Position numbers and translations under genes: made by a program
DNA from: a bacterium
GTDB lineage: Bacteria; Zhuqueibacterota; Zhuqueibacteria; Zhuqueibacterales; Zhuqueibacteraceae
Length of the DNA: 64,000 bases
NCBI GenBank assembly: GCA_050732395.1
Contig: JBOHQX010000300.1
Coordinates: 6,312 to 70,311, forward strand
Direction of reading: 5' to 3'
The notes under the pieces: model-generated
Told to the model about the DNA's origin: nothing
What the model saw: the letters and a program-made list of their open reading frames with translations, nothing else
Databases searched by the model: none
In this document: positions 44,026 to 51,120 of the stretch, piece after piece
Numbering within the stretch: the first letter of the stretch is position 1
Layout of the letters: every line of letters starts with the position of its first letter

Positions 44026-46836
44026 TTATTTCATCATGACCATCTTCTTCATCATTGAGAACTTCTCGCTTTCGAGCCGATAGAGGTATAGGCCGGAGGG
44101 CACGATGTTCCCGGCCCGGTCGCGACCGTCCCAAACGATGAGATGATAGGCCGCTGCCTGATCGCTATCCACCAGCTGCCGCACCTGATGGCCGAGCGCA
44201 TCGAAGATGGTGATACGCACATGGCCCGGCTGCGGCAATTGATATTTGATCGTGGTTTCAGGATTGAATGGGTTCGGGTAATTCTGCTCGAGCGCATATT
44301 CGGTGGGCGTGCCGCCGCCACGTTCTTCCACCCGCGTGATCACCCCGACCTCGGAAGAGTACGGGCTTTCATTGCCCGAGTAGTCAAAGGTGGACAAACG
44401 ATAATAATATGTGCGTCCGCTCGATACTTGATTGTCGGTGTATTCCGTCTGGATGAGCGTGGCCAGCGGCGTTGTTCCTTTGGGATCAAACCCGGGCGTC
44501 GTGCCGCGATAGATTGCGAAATATTTGAAATCTTCATCAATGGGACCATCCCATCTCAAGTTGACGGTGCCGGCAACATAGCTGGCTGCGATATTAGTTG
44601 GCGGCGCCGGCGCGAGGTTGTCGACCGAATATCCGCTGTCTGGCGCGGTCTCGTAAACCACGCCGTTCGCCTGGCCGGAAATGAAGAACACTGACCAATG
44701 CAGGCCCGCAGCGGTGCTGTCATAAAGCGTGGGCGCGACCGTACTATAGGCCTCGTAAGCGGAAGCCGGTAACCAGCCAACAAAATCCCAAGTTTCGGCC
44801 TGATTGACCGTATAGCGCTTGCCAACGTTGCTCAAGAGGCCATTCGCAATCAGCTCTTCTTTGGAACCGAGCTGAATGCCGACACTGGTGGCAACATCAT
44901 CGACGCGCCTCCAGATCGAATAGCTCGTCACTGGATTGGTTGACGCTGGACCGTCGGCGGCAAATTTCGACCACATGAGGCGTACTTGCTTGCCTTGATC
45001 GCCGCCCACGTCCTCGATTGAGACGATTTCGCCCGCGCCTACATCGCCGGTGGTCAGCGTGGCGATGGAGCGGCGCAGCAAGGCAATTGCGTAGCCGGCA
45101 TTGTGCACACCGCGACTTCCGTCCTCCTCGACAAACAACAAATTGTACCACGCATTGGTGTAGGCGTGACGCCGTTCGATTTCCGCCTGCGACAAGCCCG
45201 GTAGTGTCCAATCATAGTTTGCTTTAATCACCGCATCCGAGGTGCGCGGCGGCAGCAACTGGTCGAGACGGTGCTCCAAGCCTTCGATTTCAAGGCGCGT
45301 GCCCTCAATGGTGCCGTCTTCGTCGAAATCCGCCTTGGCCGCAATATCGTCGAAAGACGTAATCGGGCCGTGGCACGTCTGGCAAACGGCGACGTTTTGC
45401 ACGTCATCGCCATGATCGTCGGGTGTGCCGTTATCCGTGCTTACAGCGAAGGTGTGTTGTCCAACTTTGTCATGTCCGGGCTGGCCCTCTGCCGGCGTGG
45501 CGCCCATATGGCAAGTCACACAGGCATCTGCGACAGCGAACTTGTGGCCGGAGCTCCCGATCGGCACGCCATATTCGATGGCATTGGAACCGTCAATCAT
45601 GTCGGCCTGATTGCTATGATGCGGGCCGAAGCGCGTGGAAAGATTGGCGGGATTGCTGACATAGTCCACCGCATCGCGGCGGCTGATGTGGCATTGCATA
45701 CAGATTTTGCCCATGCCGCCGTAATTGACTACGGTCACACTATCGCCCAGGGTGACATCGTTCAAGGTCCGCACTTGCGCCGGCAACAATTCCGACCGGT
45801 GCGGATCGTGGCAAACCGCGCAACTAATCTGCTCAAAGCCGCTGGACGGCCGGGTATCCGGATTCTTGGGATCGACAACTCGAATAAAGCCCCAGCCGGA
45901 ATGGCAACGAGTGCAACTGGGATTGGTCGAAGGCGAAAGCACACCCACTGCATGCCTGGATGCTTTCCACTGCGTACTGATGCGATGATACGGCGCTTCT
46001 TCATGACAGTAGCCGCACGAGGCCTCGTCCAGGCTCATCGCGATGCTGGTCTTGTCGCCCCGATGCTGCGTTGCCGGCCCATGGCAGTTTTCGCATTGGA
46101 TATTTGCTCTCGCCGCCAGCTTGGGATACTGCGAGACCAGCGCGGCGTAGTTGCCGGGCTGCAACGTCGGCGGAAAAGTCCAGCCGACTTCTCTTGCCAC
46201 GTCATCAAAACCTTCATTGACGGCCGCGGGGCTGTCGTCAAATCCAACATTGTGGCATTCGATGCAAGATTCGTTGTAAGAACCAAGCTGGCCGTCAATC
46301 GCGCGTTTGAAAAATGTTGCATGGCCAGTTTTACCCCAGGCGGTGAAATTGGCGCTGTGGCACAAGCTGCATTGCCCTTCCGAAGGCTCCGAAGGCAAGC
46401 CGTCTGTGCCACCCACCCCGGCGAACTTCGCCGAGGTGATCGTAGTCGTCTTCGGCGCGCTGGTTCCGCCCGCCGTGGTGATCTGCAATTGCACGGTGAA
46501 TTTGCCTTCAATGTCCGGTTTGAAGGTGGTTTGTCTCTTGTTCGTACTATCCAACACCGCAGTGGAGCCTGCAGGCCTTGCCGTCAACGACCAGGCATAA
46601 CTGGTCACGGCGGCATTGAGCGAGTCACGGCCGAGGAGATAGACCACCTGGCCCACGCCGACAACAGACAAACCAGTTGAGCGAGGCGAAGTCCAGCCCA
46701 AGTCATGAATCTCTTGAGGGCTGTAACCTTCGATCTTGATGATCGCATTTGGAACTTGCGCATGCGTGGGAGGAACCAAGAAAGTCGTAGCTATCATCGT
46801 TGCGGCCAGCACACGCCATAGTATCGAGCACATCAT
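44026..46836 (-). CDS. extracellular-type 9-haem c-type cytochrome with N-terminal PKD/Ig-like domain, FN3 domain and T9SS C-terminal sorting domain
   Basis: GGAGG lies 5 nt upstream of the ATG at 46836. Signal peptide MMCSILWRVLAATMIATTFLVPPTHAQ. I count 9 CxxCH: CSLCH, CIECH, CENCH, CGYCH, CTRCH, CAVCH, CMQCH, CVTCH, CQTCH. The FN3-like unit is APAPPTNIAASYVAGTVNLRWDGP...YYYRLSTFDYSGNESPYS. The C-terminus is LEQNYPNPFNPETTIKYQL...SGLYLYRLESE...MVMMK. Confidence 0.85.
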   Translation of the reverse strand: MMCSILWRVLAATMIATTFLVPPTHAQVPNAIIKIEGYSPQEIHDLGWTSPRSTGLSVVGVGQVVYLLGRDSLNAAVTSYAWSLTARPAGSTAVLDSTNKRQTTFKPDIEGKFTVQLQITTAGGTSAPKTTTITSAKFAGVGGTDGLPSEPSEGQCSLCHSANFTAWGKTGHATFFKRAIDGQLGSYNESCIECHNVGFDDSPAAVNEGFDDVAREVGWTFPPTLQPGNYAALVSQYPKLAARANIQCENCHGPATQHRGDKTSIAMSLDEASCGYCHEEAPYHRISTQWKASRHAVGVLSPSTNPSCTRCHSGWGFIRVVDPKNPDTRPSSGFEQISCAVCHDPHRSELLPAQVRTLNDVTLGDSVTVVNYGGMGKICMQCHISRRDAVDYVSNPANLSTRFGPHHSNQADMIDGSNAIEYGVPIGSSGHKFAVADACVTCHMGATPAEGQPGHDKVGQHTFAVSTDNGTPDDHGDDVQNVAVCQTCHGPITSFDDIAAKADFDEDGTIEGTRLEIEGLEHRLDQLLPPRTSDAVIKANYDWTLPGLSQAEIERRHAYTNAWYNLLFVEEDGSRGVHNAGYAIALLRRSIATLTTGDVGAGEIVSIEDVGGDQGKQVRLMWSKFAADGPASTNPVTSYSIWRRVDDVATSVGIQLGSKEELIANGLLSNVGKRYTVNQAETWDFVGWLPASAYEAYSTVAPTLYDSTAAGLHWSVFFISGQANGVVYETAPDSGYSVDNLAPAPPTNIAASYVAGTVNLRWDGPIDEDFKYFAIYRGTTPGFDPKGTTPLATLIQTEYTDNQVSSGRTYYYRLSTFDYSGNESPYSSEVGVITRVEERGGGTPTEYALEQNYPNPFNPETTIKYQLPQPGHVRITIFDALGHQVRQLVDSDQAAAYHLIVWDGRDRAGNIVPSGLYLYRLESEKFSMMKKMVMMK

Positions 46837-46875
46837 AAACACCTCCGTATGAGGTTTTCGCGTAGACTCCAAATT

Positions 46876-47012
46876 GACATAGTTAAGTTAAGATTGCACC
46901 CCTCAAATTGTCATGCTGTAAGCATCCTCCCTAGTTCTTATGCAGGATTTGGGGAAGATTCCTAAAGGAATGACAATCAATATTATCATTCTCGAAGCAA
47001 CTTAACATTGTC
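46876..47012. repeat. 137-bp nested-palindrome MITE/REP-like element (second full copy)
   Basis: The outer inverted repeat is gacatagttaagtta (46876-90) / caacttaacattgtc (46998-47012). The inner core is ttgtcatgctgtaagcatcctccc (46908-31), with a degenerate right partner ggggaagattcctaaaggaatgacaa (46951-76). It sits 40 nt upstream of the T9SS cytochrome start. Confidence 0.8.
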
Positions 47013-47360
47013 GGGCTAAGATCTACCTCTGCTTTTCAGACAGACTGAAAACAGAAGCCCTACGGGCAGCACACGCGGATCAACAACGCACACGGAAAAG
47101 CTTTCAATCCGCGTGAGTTTTTGATCCGTGTGTAAACTTTCAGAATTTTATTCCATGTTTGTTTCCTTAAGCGCCTATGAGGGGTATAGAAGCAACAGTT
47201 ATACCCGGGAATCTTGATATATTTCATTTTAACATATTGATACTTCGATGGGGTTTCTATTTCCATCTGACCGTCTCTATCGGATTTGAGAAACTGCGAA
47301 AAGTTTTTCTCAAATTTCGGAAATTATTCACAATACATTACGGCATTGTGCACAGCGCTT

Positions 47361-47413
47361 GGGAAGATGCTTGCAGCATGACCTCCCTGGTAGTGGCATT
47401 GACTTAACGTTGC
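47361..47413. repeat. solo right half of the MITE/REP-like element
   Basis: gggaagatgcttgcagcatgac (47361-82) followed by gacttaacgttgc (47401-13). No left half is present. Confidence 0.65.
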
Positions 47414-47451
47414 AGTGATAGGTAAGCCACGTCAACAGTCATATCCGACGC

Positions 47452-48969
47452 TTACATACCCGCTGCAATGCCGTGGCATTCATGACAGCTCGTCTCCTTC
47501 CAGGCGTCGCCGATGTCGATCGGATGTGCGAATTCCAATCCTTTCAGGTCCATCTGCTGCACCTCATTGCCGTTGCCTTGTTCAATGATCAAATGGCAGG
47601 CGTTGCAATCGCGGGTAATAGTTTTGCCCTCCGCACTTTGGTGCAAGCCGTCGTGGCAGCGATAACAGCCCGGGCTGAGATAGTGCCCGATGTGATTGGG
47701 ATACGCGCGCCAGCTCGATTTCATGTAGGGAAAATTGTTGCGAGCATAGACTTCCTGCACGCGCTGAATGGCATTGTCTACGGCCTGCCGCTTTTGCGGC
47801 ACCAGGTCGGGATAGTTGGCGTCATAAAACGCGCGAATCGTGGAATCAATCGCAGCCAGCGCCGCTTCTTTGGTTGGATATTCCGGCGTGAGCGCCTCTA
47901 CGGCGGTGGCTTTGATCGAAGGCAGGCTCATGTCGATCAAGCCGTTGCTCATGATAGTGTTCAAAGCAATATTGGGCGCTTGGAAAATGTGCGCAGGTCT
48001 GTTGTGGCAATCGATGCAGTCCATGACCCGAATTTTCTTGGCGTCGATTTGGCCATTTGACATGAGGGCTGGATCAGAGGAATAAACCGTGACTTCGCCT
48101 TTGGCATTGGTGGCACGCACCCAGGGAATGACCTCGCGCGATTCGTCCGTGGCATAGTACTCGATTTTGTTGCTGATGTTCATGTGCCAATGAATCCCCG
48201 AAGTGTGCCCCTCTTCCTGACTGCCGCCGCCGATCTTTATCAGCAGGTTGTAGGCCCAGCGCGTGTTGTGCTCGTCCTTCATGAAGTGCACGCGCATATC
48301 CTGCTTGTTGCCGAAAAACGCCTGCGGCCAGTGGCAATGCTCGCACGTTTCACGCGCCGGGCGCAGATTTTCGATCGGCGTGGGAATCGGCCGGGAATAC
48401 TTCTTGAACAACACCGAATAGACCTGATAAGCGCCGGAGAGCTTCGATTGCACGTACCACCCGGCGCCCGGGCCGACGTGGCAACCGGCGCAGGTCACGC
48501 GCGCATGCGGCGAGTTCTGATAGGCGGTGTATTCCGGCTCCATGACCGTGTGACAGGTTTTGCCGCAAAAGGTCGTGGATTCGCTGAACTCATAGGCTTT
48601 GTAACTGCCCACGGCGGTGAAGAGCAAAAAGAGCGTGGTGACGATTCCCACGATTGCGGCCATGCGGCGATGGCGCGGCAGATTGAAATCGATGTGCAGC
48701 AAGGCGGGCTCGGTCGCGGAGCGGCTGCGGCGGCGATGCTCGCGCCACATGCCGATGGGAACGAGCACCAACCCCAAAACCAAAAACGCAGGAAAGACGA
48801 GATAGGTGAGAATACCGAGATAAGGCATCGTGGTCTCGGCAAAAAAATCCACTAAAAAGAAAAACAATATACAGGCAAAGCTCACGGCCGCAATCCCGGC
48901 GCCCATCATGCTGACGGTGTTGTAGAATGACCCGGGGAGCTTGCCGCTTTTTTCTAGCGATTCTGCCAT
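47452..48969 (-). CDS. inner-membrane multihaem cytochrome, ImcH-like architecture (3 TM + NapC/NirT-like region, 7 haem sites)
   Basis: AAGGAAG lies upstream of the ATG at 48969. Three hydrophobic helices are present (GAGIAAVSFACILFFFLVDFF; YLGILTYLVFPAFLVLGLVLVPIG; MAAIVGIVTTLFLLFTAVG). The haem sites are one CX3CH (CGKTCH) and six CxxCH (CAGCH, CEHCH, CIDCH, CYRCH, CNACH, CHECH). Confidence 0.75.
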   Translation of the reverse strand: MAESLEKSGKLPGSFYNTVSMMGAGIAAVSFACILFFFLVDFFAETTMPYLGILTYLVFPAFLVLGLVLVPIGMWREHRRRSRSATEPALLHIDFNLPRHRRMAAIVGIVTTLFLLFTAVGSYKAYEFSESTTFCGKTCHTVMEPEYTAYQNSPHARVTCAGCHVGPGAGWYVQSKLSGAYQVYSVLFKKYSRPIPTPIENLRPARETCEHCHWPQAFFGNKQDMRVHFMKDEHNTRWAYNLLIKIGGGSQEEGHTSGIHWHMNISNKIEYYATDESREVIPWVRATNAKGEVTVYSSDPALMSNGQIDAKKIRVMDCIDCHNRPAHIFQAPNIALNTIMSNGLIDMSLPSIKATAVEALTPEYPTKEAALAAIDSTIRAFYDANYPDLVPQKRQAVDNAIQRVQEVYARNNFPYMKSSWRAYPNHIGHYLSPGCYRCHDGLHQSAEGKTITRDCNACHLIIEQGNGNEVQQMDLKGLEFAHPIDIGDAWKETSCHECHGIAAGM

Positions 48970-49340
48970 ACTTATCTTCCTTGTTGAATTCTTTGCGGGC
49001 AATGGTGAAACGCTTGCGGTTGTCTCCGTGCCGGCTGCTCTTCTTCGCGCCACAACAAGCAAAGACATTCTTCACGCCCGCCAACTAGCGGCAGCGTAGT
49101 CCATGAACCGATCACATGGAACTGTTCGAAGCGAGCACCTTGTGACAGCCGTGGCAGTGACCGCATATTGGAACGTCGAAAGACAGTTGGGTAACAGCAG
49201 GTCGGGCTAGCAAAACAATTGGAGTGGTGGAGTTACAGCGTATTGGAACATTAAATTGTTGGATGAGTGAAAAAGTTATGCACTTCCTGTGCAGGTAATA
49301 TTGATCTTGCTTTTAAACAAAACCTCACCATTCTCCCTTC

Positions 49341-49396
49341 CTACCTCCACTCCACTACTCCATCAATCCACCAATCCAGTAATCCATCAATCCACA
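49341..49396. repeat. octamer array (ATCCANNA family) directly 3' of the tetrahaem gene stop
   Basis: ctacctcc actccact actccatc aatccacc aatccagt aatccatc aatccaca. It uses the same words as 26871-26921. Confidence 0.8.
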
Positions 49397-49400
49397 GTTT

Positions 49401-49955
49401 TTACTGCTTGGGCGTCGTGTGCGCAATCTTCTTACTGTATTCTGCAAAATTGAACCCCTTGAAATTTGGGCTTTCGGAATTGTGGCAGGTCAAACAGAGT
49501 TTTTCGTCGCCTTTGACCAGGCCGACAGTCTCGCCCTTGATCTTGCCGGTATCGATATCCTTCATGACTTGCATGCCTTTATATTCTGAACCGGCGCCAT
49601 GGCAAGATTCACAGCCTACGCCCTGGCCCGGCTTGAAAGTGGACGCCAGTTGGGCCGCGGCCACTCCCGCTGCGGTATCATGGCATTTCAGACAAGCGGC
49701 ATCTTTTTGCGGATCGGCGATGCCTTTTTGCTTGGCGATCTCCAACGCTGCAGGCGTGGCGAGCGTGGCAAACGCTTTGGCATGCAGACTCTTCTGCCAA
49801 ATCGTGAATGCCGCGCCGGTCTTGGGCGCCAGATGACAAGGCTTGCAGGTATTAGCGCCGACATATTTGGCTTTGCTTTGCGCCAAGAGCGCGCAGGGTA
49901 CGATCGTGCAAATCGCAATGGTCGTAGCAGCCATGCTTTTCAAACGCGCCATCAT
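49401..49955 (-). CDS. periplasmic tetrahaem cytochrome c (cytochrome c554-like family)
   Basis: AAAGGAA lies upstream of the ATG at 49955. Signal peptide MMARLKSMAATTIAICTIVPCALLAQS. There are 4 CxxCH (CKPCH, CLKCH, CESCH, CLTCH). The N-terminal YVGANTCKPCH...WQKSLHAKAF is typical of c554-type proteins. Confidence 0.8.
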   Translation of the reverse strand: MMARLKSMAATTIAICTIVPCALLAQSKAKYVGANTCKPCHLAPKTGAAFTIWQKSLHAKAFATLATPAALEIAKQKGIADPQKDAACLKCHDTAAGVAAAQLASTFKPGQGVGCESCHGAGSEYKGMQVMKDIDTGKIKGETVGLVKGDEKLCLTCHNSESPNFKGFNFAEYSKKIAHTTPKQ

Positions 49956-50207
49956 CTTGGGATTCCTTTCTGAGCGGTGCATGAAGCGTGCACTATGCTT
50001 TGCTTTGTGACTCTGTAATCGCCTACCGCCCGGGCGCTGTAAATCTTCCAGGAGATGAGATCACTTTTTCAGTTCATTCTTCCAACCCCAGAAAAAGCAA
50101 AAGCGCCAGAGCGATGGGGTGAATAGTTACAAAAATGATACAAAAAGTCAAGGCAAAAAAGCCGGGGGCAAAATGAGGCATGTTTATCACTGGCAAATCA
50201 AATTACC

Positions 50208-50950
50208 TTACAACTGGGCCTTCTCAGCGTCCCGCCAAAGCGCAGTAACATTCGAAGAACTCGGCTTGTAACTCGGCAATGCTTTCATGTATTGCGCCCG
50301 CTCGAAAGCAGAAGGATCGGCACAATTCTTCTGGCTCATACTACCGCGCATTTGCCGGACGGATTCGTATTCGTGTTCTGCCATCCATTGCCGCAAGCTC
50401 TGCTCAATGCTGCGAAGATGATCAATGCCCTGACGCAACAGCGTCGCGGCCATCATCGTGATATTCGCTCCCACCATCAACATCTTGATCACGTCCGGCG
50501 CCTCGTGAATGCCGCTGGTCGCGGCGAGGTCGGCGCGGATGCGGCCATGAAGAATGCCGATCCACGTCAAGGGCAGCCGTAAGGCTTGCGGCGTGCTGAG
50601 CAGCACGTTCGGGCGAACTTCCAGGGTTTCCAGGTCGAGGTCCGGTTGATAAAAGCGCGTTTGGCGCGGCGGATGTGCTCGAGATACGCATCCGGTCCGA
50701 GATGAAATGCTTCCGGCTGGGGAAAGTATGTGAGCGCTTCCGGAAAACTCTCGGTACCATTGGTCAGGTGATGATTGAGCTCATAAGTTTCGAGCCGCAA
50801 TTGTTCTTCGAACAAAGAATGCAGCACCACCGCCGCCGCGCCCGCATCTTCCATGCGTTTGATGTTGCCGATCTCTTCTGAAAGCGGCGACGCCGAAGGC
50901 ACCAGCGGCGTACGGAGCTTCAGGCCGAGGTAGGTGGTTGTGAGGTCCAT
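50208..50950 (-). pseudogene. dihydroorotate dehydrogenase-like (class 1 DHOD fold) gene with large internal deletion and frameshift
   Basis: The N-terminal piece is [50 protein letters not shown]...EHIRRAKRA. In another frame it is joined directly to [38 protein letters not shown]...ERAQYMKAL. The ~120-aa FMN-barrel core normally between these segments is absent. Confidence 0.7.
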
Positions 50951-50972
50951 TCGGTGCTCTCCAGTTTTTATT

Positions 50973-51120
50973 GTCGATCGTAGATAGATGATCGTGGGTC
51001 GTAAAGGCTAAACCCAGGCGCAAAACAGCATCAATCGAAGCACTTACGGACGAACCAATGTCCACTATCTACCATCCACTACCCACGATCCACCATCCTC
51101 CATCTTCGATCCTCGACTCC
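50973..51120. repeat. inverted pair of degenerate periodic arrays overlapping the PFOR stop codon
   Basis: The left array is gtcgatcgtagatagatgatcgtgggtcgtaaagg (50973-51007). The right array is tccactatctaccatccactacccacgatccaccatcctccatcttcgatcctcgactcc (51061-51120). They share the complementary words gatcgtggg/cccacgatc and tagata/tatcta. The left array resembles 26576-26617. Confidence 0.7.

Noticed and set aside
45271-46680. 469-aa plus-strand ORF
   Set aside because: It lies entirely antisense to the 9-haem cytochrome gene. It is Arg/Ala/Gly-rich with no recognisable motifs, which is the typical shadow ORF of a GC-rich coding strand.
47013-47451. 68-aa and 76-aa ORFs in the spacer upstream of the T9SS cytochrome gene
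   Set aside because: The region is AT-rich and the ORFs overlap each other on opposite strands. They have no RBS or motifs, and the region is dominated by hairpins (cacacgcggatcaa...ttgatccgtgtgt) and repeat fragments.
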